From Hemiscyllium ocellatum (lineage: Eukaryota): a stretch of DNA of 64,000 bases. This document shows, one piece after another, positions 1-13,300 of this stretch. Every line of letters starts with the position of its first letter. Positions within the stretch are counted from its first letter, which is position 1. The stretch lies in NCBI RefSeq assembly GCF_020745735.1, contig NW_026867618.1:2833232-2897231 (forward strand), written 5' to 3'. The notes under the pieces were generated by a model that saw only the letters and a program-made list of their open reading frames with translations, ran no database searches and was not told the DNA's origin. The translations under genes and the position numbers were made by a program.

Positions 1-349
1 AAAGCACACCAGGTCAGAGGGCATCCAAGGAGAAGGAGAAACGATGTTTCGCACAAAATCCGATTACCAGCCATGAGGCTTCTCAGACGGGGGGGGGGGG
101 GGGGCTTTGGGTGGTGGTTCTTAGAGAAAAACAAACGGGAGATGGGTGGGGCTGTTGAAAAAACAGTTGAGAATGCGATATATAGATGAGGTTTCGGGAG
201 AAATTGACAGGTCGGTCACGTGGAATGAGGGTGAATGGACAAGTCAACATAGTGGTGCCAACTTAAATTCTTTGCCCCCCAGCCTACAAGTCTCATTACT
301 AATGAAACACTTCTGCCAGAAATAATGATTCTTCTCTCCTTGGATGCTA

Positions 350-560
350 GGTAAAACAGTGACTGCAGATGCTGGAAAACCGATTCTGGATTACAGTGAT
401 GCTGCAAAAGCACAGCCGTTCAGGCAGCATCCGCGGAGCAGAGAAGTCGACGTTTTGGGCAAAAGCCCTTCATCAGGAATACCGTTTCTTGGAAGCTGCC
501 TAAACTGCTGTGCGTTTTCAACACAACATTTTTCCTCCCACTATCCAATGATATGTAAGT
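350..560. mobile_element. Short partly palindromic element derived from a Penelope terminus, with a degenerate hammerhead core on the minus strand
   Basis: The minus strand at ~445-480 reads attcCTGATGAagggcttttgcccAAAAcgtcgac (GAAA changed to AAAA). Flanks match the terminal sequence of the Penelope copies at 26790-26920 and 49165-49293. Confidence 0.7.
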
Positions 561-2439
561 TAATTCGATTGACTTTGCTAATTTAAAAATACGGAGTAGT
601 TGGGGGTGGTTGTGCTAGCCATGGGAAAACTCACGATGAAGGGTGGCGGGTTGGTTTTGGATTGTATCCTTTTCATTGGATGACAGGGGAGGAGGGATGG
701 TTTTGGATCAGATAATGTTTGGAGGGTCAATGCAGGCTTGTTGAGTCGAATGGTCTGTTTCCATACTGTCAGGATTCTATGGGATTCTACAATACATATC
801 TATTGTTAGGTTTAACTATGAACACCATTAAGTGCAAAAATGTTTCTATGACGTTGGAATCGAGAATGATAGACGAACAAACTTCTTACTCAGTGAGTCT
901 GAATTTTTGTAATGCTCTGACATAAATTTTATTGTTAGGCTGTGAGTGTTTTCATAACCAAGTTTGTTCGATTATTGATGCTGGGTAAGATGCAACGTTA
1001 AGTGAAATAAGTAGAGAAACGTTTCAACTTAACATGATCATATTGAATGGAGGGATACAGTCAACGGCCTGAATGGCTCCGCTGTCATTTATTTCTTCGT
1101 CTACATTCCTCGTTCACATCCTGTTTCCCACAATGTTGTGATTTTTTTTACCATATACTTTACAATTTCATAAAACATACTTGTTTTCCCTGCCATTTGG
1201 GTTCCAAATGATCCTGCACCTTCTGTTCCCCAATTCAACAGACCTGATAGATGCAAATGAATCGGATGCAGTGATGCAGAAGAAGGTTTTCATTCAAATT
1301 CCGCCAATCATCAACATCAACTCCATGGAGGAAGCCATTATGTTCCTTAAAAGTTGCCAGAAACCTCTTGTCCTCAACTTTTCCAGAGGCGACACTAAGG
1401 TTGAGAGTGTTCTGAGCAATTTCATTGTGTGCATATAGAGAGCTACTCTGTACTGACAGAAGATCCTGCTGGAGCACCGAGCAGGAAGCTCTGTGTTGGC
1501 CCTGTGTGTATTCTACCAAAGCTGTCCTGCACTGCCATGTTGGCTCCATGACAAGTTCCACTGTGATCCCTGAGTTTGTTTACATCTTCGTTCAGGCCCC
1601 TGCTTGATTTCACAGCCCAGTGAATCTTACACAACCAGACAGATAGACAATGCTGCTGTCACAGCCTGTGCAATGTTTCGCTATAGTTCAGTCACTCCTG
1701 AATTAAATCTCTGTTGGTCAGTCCTTCCTATGCGATGTCTCTCTAATGGTCAATGTGTTCTGAGCGATGCCCCTCGATTGTCAGTGTATTCTGTATGAGA
1801 TCTCTCTGTTGGGCAACATCTTCCGTATTGTGTCGCATTATTAGACTCTTCATTAGTCATTCTGTCCTGAGTGCTTTCTCCCCAGCCCATGATGCAGTCA
1901 ATAGTGTCACTAGATCCTGATGTATCATCACTGATCCTTGCATCATCAAATTGCTCTCTCCTGCAGGCTCAAGTTGGAATGACCTCATATCCTGAACCTG
2001 AATGTGTCTCCCAGCTTCCTCAGGAGAAAAAGTAAACAGGCATCAACACGGAATGCCCTGAAAAACATGATGAACCCCAACTCAATCCCAATCGTTTCCA
2101 CGGCCATATCCCTCTGTTATCTCTTTTCTTCTCTTTCTCTCTTACACGTACCCTCTGTTCTTTCACTCTCTGTCTTCCTCGGCGAATCTGAATTTATAAA
2201 TCAGTCCCACGTTATCAGTCCCGACGTGTACGTCCTTCCATTTTCTCCGTTTCTCACCATTTTCCTGTAAGTCTGTCCTTGTCTTATTCCTCAAATTTTC
2301 TGAATATTTTACGTTCTCTTCTTACACCCTGTCTACATCTTATCTATTTAACATTCTCTGTTTCTGTCTCACTTACTCGTTGACCTTTCAATCTCCCACT
2401 GTCTATTAATCTGAGAATGTTTGTCAGAACCTGATTTCC

Positions 2440-2530
2440 CAAAGCCTGTTCATGGTCCGGCAACACCCTATTAAATTGAAGCTGGATGCGTGTGCTGAAG
2501 TCACCATCCTCTCAGATCACTTAGTGCAAC
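2440..2530 (+). mobile_element. Degenerate LTR-retrotransposon (Gypsy-like) aspartic protease fragment
   Basis: Translates as HPIKLKLDACAEVTILSD, resembling the KLDTGAxVT protease motif. Confidence 0.4.
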
Positions 2531-2589
2531 TGAAGGAGCACAAGCTGTACTCAATAGAGAGGAAAAACTGTAACGAGCAGATGTGATAG

Positions 2590-4150
2590 TCAGACAATTG
2601 GAAATGTGTCAGAAACTGAAATCGGCACTATTCAGTTTTGGAGGACCTTGTGTTGGGATTTCACGATCATTAATAATCCAGGACATGCCACATTGGTTGC
2701 AAGTTAGTATCACTCTGGGGTGTTTTTGAACAGACGGCCCTGTGGCGCAAGTACAGAGTTCATTGAAAGTGGAATCAGAGGTAGACATAGTAGAAAAGAA
2801 TGCATTTTGCATGTTTGACTTCATTGGTAAGAGTATTGACTAAAGGCTTTGGGACAACACTTTGTGGTTGTGGTGGACATTGGGGGGACCACTTTTAGAA
2901 TACTGCTTTATATTTCTGGTCCTTTTACTTTGGAACGAATTTTGTTTTCCGAAAAAGATTGTAGATCAAATTTACACGAATGTTCTTGGAACTGGAAGGT
3001 TTGAGTTGTATGGAGACGTTGGATAAGTAGCGACTTCTTTTTCCGGACAGTGTCAGAGGAGTGGTGGCATTATAGAATTGATACAGACATGAGTGGCACG
3101 GATAAAGTGAATAGCCAAGATCCTTTTCCCAGGGTAGGGAGTCCAAAACTGGAGTGTCTAGGTTAATGGTGCATGAGAAACGATTCAGAAGAGTCCTGAG
3201 AGATTATTTCCTTACAGAAATAGTCGTGCATGGATTGAAAGAGCTGCAAGAGGAAGTGGAAGCAGCGGGACATATACAGAGATAGGGAACTATTGGAGGG
3301 ATGTGGGTGAGGCGCGTGCAGATGGCATGAATTAACTGAAAAATGCCTTGTCAGTATGAACGAGATGGACAAAAGGGACTGTTTCCTTGTTGTATAACAC
3401 TTGCCCTGGGACTAGAAGAGAGCGACGAGTCCAGTAAAACATCAGTTGTTGAACGACAAACAGTAGGCCCTACAACAAGAACTGGTGCCTTTGTGCACTT
3501 CTTGCTGCAAGTAAATTAGGAGATGACGAAAAGCTAAATGGCGTTATGATCTTCATAGCAAGGGAATTCTACGACAGGACAAGGGATAAATTGCCACAAT
3601 TGTGCAGGGTCTTTTTGAGAACAAACCTGGAATATTGTATGCAGCTGTGGTCTATTTTTCAGTGGAAGGATGTTCTGATGATGGACGGAGAACAGAAAAG
3701 TTTTAATGGACAAATTATTGGAATGGCAGCACAGATATATGAAATGAGATTGGAACGGATAGGATTGTATTCAATGTGTTTAATTGATGATGAGGGTTTT
3801 CATGGAAAACTGCAAAATTCTAATGCGAGTATACAGGATTAAATCAGCAAGGATGTTGTGGAAAACTACAGACGATACATTAGCCAGTCACAGCCTAAAG
3901 ATAGATGTGGGCCACTTAGGACTGAGATAAGCAGAAATATCTTCATCCAGAGAGTGAAAAACTGTGGAAGTTTCTGCCACAGAAGGTCGCTGAAACCAAA
4001 ATATTGAATGTTTTCAACCTCGTGTTAAATGTTGTTCAAGTGATTTTATGGAAAGTGGCAACAGGGAACTGTGTTGGATGATCAGCCGTGAGCATGTTGA
4101 ATGGTGCAGCAGACTGGAAACTCCGAATGACTTACCTCTGCCCCTATTTT
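2590..4150 (+). mobile_element. Two degenerate CR1 LINE 3' fragments
   Basis: ORF 3546-3842 (LEYCMQLWS..KDVL..RLERIGLYS) matches the CR1 ORF2 C-terminus. Similar decayed text at 2770-3400. Confidence 0.75.
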
Positions 4151-4629
4151 CGGTGGTTTTTGTATTTCAAATCGTGAAGTGAGAAGGAGCAGAACACAAA
4201 AAAGGAAGAATTTGTTGGGATTACTAAATTGACTACATGGGCTTGAGCAACCATCCAAAGACTAGAAGTCCAGTTAACACAGTGCGGTATTCTCCAAATT
4301 TGTGTTGAATTGATGTCAGATTGAGAATTCCTGGAGTTGGTTGAGAACGTAAACCTTAAACGCCAAAAACATTTCATAGTCATAGGCAATGCACGATCTT
4401 TCGGCAGGAGCCTTGTCAGTCTTGTTATTTCATAAGATATGACCATGTATAACTGAGATGAAAACTGTCTTCACTGAGAGCATGATGATGATGTGGATTT
4501 CCCCTACACAGAAGGCTGCAGACGTCAAACCACTGTGAGAGAAATAGATGATTCTCTTGAAGCTTACTGTTTCCTGGGTTGTGTGGATCGTGTCACATTC
4601 TGGCAATGATTTAGAGGATTAACTATTCC

Positions 4630-5797
4630 ACTCTTTCCTCTGCCCCTCTCCCTCTGTGTACCTGTCCGTCTTCTTCTGTTTCTCTGATCCCCACTCTCTC
4701 ATGGTGTCTCTCACTCTCCGCTTCTTCCAGTTGTTTCATCGTCTTTCTTTTGTTTGTGTTGGCCCAATTACATTCGTCTTTATTTATCGATATTTATCTC
4801 TCTCTCTTCCACCTTGTCTCCATTTCCCACATTCTCTGTGCCCCTCTGTTTCTGTGGCTTGCTGCCGTCATGTTATCTTGCCTTTGCCTGCGTCTCTATT
4901 TCAGCGCTCTCTTCTCTGGACTCCATTCAAACTTGATTTCTTGCTATCTGTCTCTCAATACATGAAGCTGTCTCTTATTTTTTCCTGTTCTCGAAGGCTA
5001 ATTCTTCTGTTCTGACTCTCTCCAGGTTCCTCTTTGTCTTTCCCTGTCTGACTATACCTTTCTGAGCGCGTGTGCGCGCGCATGTGTGTCTGTGTGCGTG
5101 TGTCTCCCTCCCTTTTGACAATGCCTCTGTCTTTTCGTGTTTGCATCTCTCTCTCCAACCCCCATCTGACTGTCCCCGTGCTCTCTGCTGCTGTCCTTAT
5201 ATCTCTGCAAGATGTTAGTCTCGCTCTCTCTCCTTCGCATATGCTCCCCTCTGACTTTTCATCTGTCTCTGCCTCTTTGTCTTTGTGTCTCTCTTTCCAA
5301 AGTCCCTCCCTCTGACTCTAACTGTGACTCATGTTCTAGTTGGCTGTTTCTGTCTACGTCCGTGTCTCTCTCTCTCTATCTCGCTCTCTCTCTCTTTCTA
5401 ACTTGCTTCAGTCTCTGTGCATCTCTCTCTTGGCCTTTCTCCTATCTGACTGTGGTGCTGTCTCTGCATTATTACCTACCGACGTACTCAGTCCTTCTGC
5501 GAACCTTTGTCTCAGGATCAGGGTTTGTCAATCTGTGGTCCCTTCCAACTCTCTCCCTCCGCCGTTGTGTCTCACTCTGATTTCAATTTCTCTCTTGCCT
5601 GTTTTCCTTCTGCCTTTCTCGTATACCTCGCTATCTATGTCCGATCGGTCTGTGATTCTCTTCTCTCACACATTCTGGCTGTGTCCCTCAATCTCTCTCC
5701 AAATTCTGTACGCACGTTACCACTCTCTCTGGCCACTGTGTTGATCCTCATTCTTTCCGCAGTCTCTGTCTCTGTCTCTCTGTCTCTTTCCCTCTAG
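4630..5797. repeat. Degenerate (TC/TG)n polypyrimidine low-complexity tract
   Basis: About 1.2 kb of C/T-dominated sequence on the + strand, giving spurious Ser/Leu-rich ORFs. Confidence 0.9.
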
Positions 5798-6054
5798 ACA
5801 AGCAGCGTTTTAGACTTAGACATTTTGGATTCATGTTCCCTTCAGTGAGCTGCCACTTATATATTTTCAAATCAATGCTGTCTGTCCAAATGGTGAATGA
5901 AGAGTCGGAGCGAACCAGTAGAGGGTGGCTGCTCTTCCAATGAGAACATAGCGTAAATGGATCTCAATGCATTGCCCTTCAGAGGGATTGGTAAGACTAC
6001 CTCTTCAGACTCACACAACAGAGCAGTAAAAGCCGAGGCTCCAGCCACGGCAAG

Positions 6055-6058
<4 letters not shown>

Positions 6059-6107
<49 letters not shown>
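6059..6107. repeat. (CT)n microsatellite followed by a CA-rich tract to ~6250
   Basis: Perfect CT run seen directly. Confidence 0.97.
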
Positions 6108-6111
<4 letters not shown>

Positions 6112-6889
6112 ACACGACCACACACAGGCACAGAGTCAACCACACAAGCACTCACACTCACAGCATGTGCACAATCATACTTACACATACACATAGATAC
6201 ACTGAAACACACTTTCGTGCATGTACATACTCTCACAAAGATGCAGACACATGGGTGTACATGAACTGTTGAACTGGGTACCTGCTCTTTTGCTCAATTT
6301 TTCCGAGCAAACTGCCGGTCCAAACATGAATTATAAGAAGCTTGTTGCTGTGTTGCAATCATGCAGAAAGGCTACACAGTTGGATGGCTGGATCAAGAGA
6401 TTCGGGGTGAATGTGGCTGTTACTCATTCAGCACGCCTGAGATGGTGACTGCGTCTGTCCAAAGGAGCAAGTGCCGAGCTGGTATTGCAAGGATTCATCT
6501 GCTTTTGTGTTGAAAGTTCTCGACTCTGATTTTCTATCCGTCAGAGGCTCGAGTGGGATCCTATGTATTAAAAAGTGAAGATTAAGTAATAATGGGCATC
6601 GTTCTGAGTATTAATCGCGATTCATAGATGTCTTGCCATTTACGAGTAGAAATCTCATCAGTGTCACCAGGATTTGCTTGGTAAAGGCGACTTATTGATC
6701 TCAATGGCAAAAAAGGCCTCACTTAACACCTCACACTCTTCATCAAAATGACACACTCTTCTCGATTTTTGGAGTATTCGTGATCACATGAACCTCATAC
6801 AAGCAATCGACATTTTGTCAGTAATTTCCTTTTTCATGGTTTATTGACTTTGGAATCTGCATCAGTTTTGGCATGATGCATTAGTTAAT

Positions 6890-7100
6890 TATAGAGTCAC
6901 ACAAATATACAACACGGGAAGAGACGCCCTCCCGATATCATAAGTTCATCTCGTCCAATTTACCAACACTTGGCCCATATCCTTCTTCACACTTCCTATT
7001 CATTATCCATCCAGATGCCTTTTAAATGCTGTACTTGTACCAATTTCCACCACTTCATTTGGCAGATCATTCCGTACATGCACTACCTTTTGCATGAACA
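6890..7100 (-). mobile_element. 3' end of an older CR1 that resumes at ~9860-10135
   Basis: Collinear with the CR1 3' end at 35550-36035 once the 7103-9855 insert is removed. Confidence 0.7.
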
Positions 7101-7102
7101 AA

Positions 7103-9855
7103 GTAGACAATAGACAATAGGCACTAGACAATTGGTGCAGGAGTAGGCCATTCCGCCCTTCAAGCCAGCACCAGCATTCATTATGATCATGGCTGACCAT
7201 CCTCAATCTGTATCCTGTTCTTGCCTTATCCCAATAACCCTTGATTACACTATCCTTAAGATTTCGACACTAACCTTTCTTGAAAGCATCCAGAGACTTG
7301 TCCTCCACAGCCTTCTGCGGCAGAACATTACACACACACCACTCTCGGGGTGAAGAAATTTCTCGTCAACTCTTTTCTAAATGGCCTATCACTTACTTTT
7401 AAACTGTGTCATGCTTCCTGCCTCCAGAGTGTCAAATCCTTTAATAATTTTATACGTCTCAATCACATCCCCTCTCAGCCGTCTAAACTCAAGCGTATAC
7501 AAGCCCAGTCGCTCCAATCTTTCAACGTAAGATAGTCCCGCCATTCCAGGAATTGACCACGTGAACCTACGCTGCACTCCCTCAATAGCCAGAATGTCTT
7601 TCCTCAAATTTTGAGACCGAAACTGCACACAATATTCCAGGTGCAGTTTAACTGGGGTCCCGTACAGCTGCAGAAGGATCTCGTTGCTTTTATACTCAAT
7701 TCTGCTTGTTATGAATGCAAGCATGCTGTGAGCTTTCTTCACTGCCTGCTGTACCTGCATGCTTGCTTTCATTGATTGATGTACAAGAACACCTAGACCT
7801 CGTTGTACTGCCCTTTTACCTAACTTGACCCCATGTAGTTCGCAATCTGTCTTCCTGTTCTTGTCACCAATGTGGATAACCACACGTTTATCCACATTAA
7901 ACTGCATCTGCCATGCATCTGTCCACTCACCTCGCCTGTCAAGGTCACCCTATCATCTGCTAATATTCTCCTCACATTTTCCCCTGCCACTCAGCTTTGT
8001 ATCTTCAGCAAATTTGCTAATATTATTTTAACAACATCATCTATATCATTAATGTATTTTGTAAACAACAGCAGTCACAGCACTGATCCCGGCGTTACCG
8101 TACTTGTCACCGCCTGCCATTCTGAAAGGGAGCTGTTTAACACTACTCTTTGTTTCCTGTCAGTCAACAAATTTTCAATCCAAGTAAATATTTTGCCACC
8201 AATGCCATGCGCCCTAATTTTGCTCACTAGCGTCCTATGTGGGACTTTATCAAAGGCTTTCTGAAAGTCTAGGTACACTACATCCACTGGATCTCCCTTG
8301 TCCATCTTCAGAGTTACATGCTCAAAAAATTCCAGAAGACTAGTCAAGCATGATTTCCCCTTCATAATTCCATGCTGACTCTGATATACACTGTTCCTGC
8401 TCTCCAGATGTGTCGTAATTTCATCCTTTATAATTGACACTAGCATCGTTCCCTCCACTGAGGTTAGGCTAACTTGTCTATTATTCTCTGTTTTGTCTAT
8501 TCCTCCTTTTATAAAAAAGTGGGACAACATTAGCCACCCTCTAATCCGCAGGAACTGATCCTGAATCTATAGAACATTGGAAAATGATCACCAATGCATC
8601 CACGATATTTCGATCCACCTCCTTTAGAACACTGGGATGTAGACCATCAGGTGCCAGAGACTTATCAGCCTGCAGACCTAACAGTCTCTCCAACACTATT
8701 TCCTGGAAAATATAAATTCCCTTCAGATGATGTCCTTCAGCCACTATTACTTCTGGGAGATTGCTTGTGTCTTCCCCAGTGAACACTGAACTGAACTACC
8801 AAATCAACTATTCTGCCATTTCTTTGTTCCCCGTAATATCTTCACCCGTTTCTCTCCTCACGGGGCCCAATTTTAGTGTTAACAATTGTTTTTCCTTTCA
8901 CATACCTAACAAAGCTTTTACTATACTTCTTTATATTTTTGGCCAGTTTTCCTTCGTACCTTATTTTTTCTCTGCGTATTTCCTTCTTAGTAATCATCTG
9001 TTGTTCTTTGAAAGCTTCCCACACCTCCGTTTTCCCACTTACGATTGCTCTGTAATACTTTTCCTCTTTTGACTTTATATGCTTCTTAACTTCCCTCGTC
9101 AGCCACGTCACCACTGCCTCCTGTTAGGATCTTTCTTCCTTTGTGGAATGAACTGATTGTGCATCTTCTGCATTATACCCATAATTACCTTCTATTGTTG
9201 CTACACTGCCATCCCTGCTCGGGTATTGCACCATTGAACATTGGCCAGCTCCTCCCTCATAGCACCATATTTCACTTCTGATTGTACCCTCTCCCTTTCA
9301 AATTCCATCTTAAAGCCTCCTAATGTCTCCTTCACTTCGAGGTCCCTGATCAAATCCGTTTTGTCACGCAATACCAGATCCAGAATTGCCTTCTCTCTGC
9401 TAGGCTCCAGCACCAGCTCTTATAAGTGTCCCACTCGGAGTCACTCCACAAACTCAATTTCTTGGGGTCCAGTACCATCCTGATTCACCCAATCTACCTT
9501 CATGTTGAAATCCCCCGTAACAATTGTAGTAATATCTTTGTGACAAGCCAATTCCAGCTCCTTATTCAATTTACTCCCTCCATCCAGACTACTGTTTGGG
9601 GGCCTGTAGGTAACTCCCATAAGGGTCCTTCAGCCCTTAGAATTTCTCAGCTCTATCTATACTGACTCTCCATCCCCTGATTATAGGTCCTCCCACGCAA
9701 GGGACTGAATATCATTCCTTACCAACCGGGCCACCCCACACCCTCTGCCCATCAGTCTGTCCGCACGATAGCACGTACAGTCTTGACTATTCATTACTCA
9801 GTCCCCGTCCAAGTGAAGCTACGTCTCAGTTATCCCCACAACATTGTAACTGCAT
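7103..9855 (-). mobile_element. CR1 LINE, 5'-truncated ORF2 (endonuclease remnant and RT), with frameshifts and stops
   Basis: ORFs 9201-9413 (SREKAILDLVL), 8541-8786 (APDGLHPSVLKE), 8075-8530 (GKSCLTSLLEFF, VYLDFQKAFDKVPH) and 7389-7907 (LEYCVQF, LERLGLYTLEFRRLRGD). Short repeat tail (agacaat)n at the 3' end. Confidence 0.95.
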
Positions 9856-10369
9856 CACAGTCCCCTATTAAGGCTTTCCTGTATTACACTAATCTTATGT
9901 TCTCTGATCTAAACTCCACCTCACCGGGCAAAATGACTTAGTATGTTTATCCTAACTGATGTTTCATGATTTGTAAAGCTCTGTAAGGTCATCCTCAGAC
10001 TCCTACACTCCAGGGAAAGCAGCCCTAAGCAATTCACCCTCTACCTATATCTCAAACCTCCCAACCCTGACGACATCTGTATCAAAGTTTTCTAAAGCCT
10101 TTCAAAATTCACAGCATCATTTCGATTCGAGGGACATAAAGAAAGTGTACATTAGTGGCAATTGGTATCAGTACTGAAACCAGAGGACAAACAGATTCTC
10201 AGCACGAAATGAGACAGTCCATTACAGCATTTGGGGCCAGGAGCTTCGTCTTTCAGCGACATTGTAGGGAACACTTATCTCAGTCATCCTCTTCTTCTCT
10301 GGTCCATCTTTCACCTGCCTGGTGAGAACAACTCATTGAAGACTGCTGCGTGAGGATCAACTGATGAGA

Positions 10370-10530
10370 TGTGAGGGAGTGTGGTGCTGCATGAGTACAG
10401 CAGGTCAGGCAGCATCCAAGTAGCAGGAGAATCGAAGTTTTGCCTCAAAACCGTTCATCGACACTGCTGTGTTTTTCCAGCACTACACTCTCGTCTCTGA
10501 TCTCCAGCAACTGTGGCACTGACGTTCTGC
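10370..10530. mobile_element. Degenerate palindromic Penelope-terminus element
   Basis: gtgtggtgctg..cagcaggtcaggcagcatcc followed by the inverted ctgctgtgtttttccagcactacactc. Confidence 0.65.
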
Positions 10531-11159
10531 TCGTGGTTGAGATGTGCTTGATGGGAACGGCATTTTGAGACAACTTCTTTCTGTCCAAATCCTTATTATT
10601 TTGTCATATTCCTAATGGCAGGAACCATACACGAGGTTCTTTTGGTCAGTATGACCATGGGACAACTGAATCGGATACAGCCAAAATTGCAGGTTATGAT
10701 CTTTTGGATGCAAATGCTAGTGAGATGGGAAGCGACAATCAAAGGTATGCTATCATTGTTGTGGGAAGGAAGAGAACGTGGTGGTGAGGGCAGCAGCATC
10801 GGAAAACGTTGGGACATGGCTAAGGGCACTGTCAAAAAGCGGGGTACACTTTTTACCTTATATGTGGATTCCACTGGTGTTCATTGTCACCCCAACAGCT
10901 TATTTTATTTAATGTTATCGCATGTGCTCGTGCACAGTGAAAAGGCATGTTTTGTGTACAGTACATGCAGATCTTAACAGACTACAAAAAGTGCGACCAG
11001 AGTGAAGGAAACAATGGCTGCTGCGAGAGTGTGCAGAGGGAATCAGATTCACATTGCTTTTAAAATTAGAGAATTTCGTTGAGACGTCTAATAGTATCGG
11101 GGAAGAAGCTATTCTTGAATCTAAGCATGTGTGCATATAACGCATTTTAAATAATTGAG

Positions 11160-11950
11160 GTGGAAGTTGTCTTTGATTATGTCCGTGATGGACTGGGCTC
11201 TGTTCATGAATCTTTGAGAATTCTCCTAGTTTTACCAGGAGTTGCCCCTCCCCCCAAAATAAGAACGCTGTTATGCAATCCGAAAGAATACTTTCTATCT
11301 GCAGCCAAAGGATTATCAGCTGCAATTTCCACCACCTCCAGTGCGGAGCAACAATCATACACATATATATTCCCCTTCCCTGCCTTGTCAGCATTTTGCA
11401 GGGACCATGCCCCCATGGACACCGGGTTATCCTCTGATCCCAACCCATTCCCATCTCACTCCTCCCTACGAAATATCTGAGATCCCAGACTCCTTCCAGG
11501 CGAAGAAGCATTGTACCTGCAGTTCACACAGTCGAGAGTGTTGCATTCGCTGCTCACAGTGTGTTCTTCTTTACACCAGGGAGAGGAGACACAGATTGGG
11601 AGACTCGCTTGGCTGGGCGTCTACGTTTCGTGGGAATGAGCCCGACCTTCCGGTTTCCAGTCACTGCAACACATCACTGTGTCTCCAGACCAGCATCTCT
11701 GAGTGGGGGCGTGCAGCAGGGGTTCACGAGGCTCAGCAAGAAGAAAAGAACGAACTCATTTTCCGCTTGTGAACCCTGTAGTTCTCAATACTCAATATCA
11801 AAGTCAACAATTTCACTTCGTCAATACCTTCTCCAGTGTCCTTTCCCCACAGCTCAGGCCCTTGTCATGGCACGGGATGCTTCAGGCACAGCCAACCTCA
11901 TGATCAGCTTTTCTTTCTTCCTTCCTCACAACGGTCCATCCTTTTCTGTG
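11160..11950 (+). mobile_element. Degenerate Penelope-like element, GIY-YIG end
   Basis: ORF 11341-11772 reads CTCSSHSRECCIRCSQCVLLYTRERRHRLGD..ELIFRL, homologous to the GIY-YIG region at 49500-49900. Confidence 0.75.
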
Positions 11951-12159
11951 ACTAGCTGCTCTTCTCTACCTTTCTGGATTCAATCTCCAGCTATTACTCG
12001 AGTCAGAGTGAGAGTGAGTGTGTGTGTGAGGAAGAGAGAGACAGTGAGAGTGATAGTGAGACTGAAGTGAGACTGAGAGTGGGAAGATTTCGGGCAGATC
12101 CCATGGCAATGTGCAGAAATTTGGAGAATTTTTTTGCATTGACGGCTTATTGAAGAGTT

Positions 12160-13300
12160 TTTCATTAATGGAAAGGGTAGGTGATGGCAAAGTTACTGAT
12201 GTGATGCACATGGATTTCCAGAAGACTTATGAGGCACGTTACAAGTCATGGTGCAATTGGCAGAGATAGCATGGATACAGATTTGACTTGAATTATAGGA
12301 AAGAGACAGTAATGACGAACAGATATTTTTTTAGCCAGAGGAACTTTTGAAATGGCGTTCCACGGGGTTCAGTGTTGATACCAGGATGTTCCAAACAGGC
12401 GGATTGATAGAGTGGCAAAGTAAGGGGCCCTTGGACAATAGGGAAGTTATGAATTTCATCAAAACGGGGAAAATAAGCATATGTAAAATTTAGGAAGCTA
12501 AAATTCAACAGAGCAAGTGAGGAATATAAAGAAAAGGTAAAATCTCAAGCAGGCATTTAGAAGAGCAAGAAATAATCGTGAAATGACCTTGATTATTAGG
12601 GGTAAAGAGAGTCTTAAGACATTCTATACATACATTAAAATAAGTGGATATCTGGGGAGATGGTATGACCATTCATGGATAAGGGATGTAACGTGAGCTT
12701 GTAACAACCGTATGTGGGTGAGATCTTCAACGCTTATTTGAATCTGTATTCACCATGGCGAAGGCTATGGAAAATAACTACATTTGTGCAGAGCAAGCTG
12801 ATATGCTGCAGCATTTTGAGATGAAGAAAAAGTGGTGCTGTGTCTCTTGAAGAGTATTAAATTGAATAAATCCCAGGTTCTGATAATATCTACCAAGGCT
12901 ATTACGTGTGGCAATAAAGTGCAGGGGTGTTGACCATAATCAATGGCCACTGGAGAATTGCTGAGGACGAGGGAATGGATAATGTATTTTCTTCTGTTAG
13001 AGCTTGGGTTCAATGTTGGTTGCCACAAGAGAAGAACGTGGAGGCTTTGCAGAATAGGGTTTCCAGGATGCCATCCTACTTAAAGGATATGAGCAATAAA
13101 GAGGGGCTAGAAAATCTCATATTGATTTCTGTCGTGCAGCGGAAGCGGAGGAGAGACTTGATCGACGTCTGTACAATTGAGAGCAAGTTGACAGTGAAAA
13201 TGCTTTTCCCCATAATTCTTATGCCCAAAACTAAGGGTCATGCATTTAATGTGATATTGGATAAGTTCCAATATATGTGAGGTACACGTTTATTTTAATG
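12160..13300 (+). mobile_element. Highly decayed CR1 fragments
   Basis: Contains MDFQK..Y-like, GVPRGSVL and QCWLP..KNVEALQ remnants. Confidence 0.65.

Noticed and set aside
1180-2090. Non-repetitive, coding-looking stretch with short ORFs on both strands
   Set aside because: No recognisable motif or consistent spliced frame. Left unresolved without a database search.
5798-5989. Exon-like segment between a polypyrimidine AG and gtaaga
   Set aside because: Stops in all three frames and no recognisable domain.
4656-6236. Cluster of overlapping hydrophobic or RE-repeat ORFs
   Set aside because: Artefacts of CT/CA low-complexity sequence.
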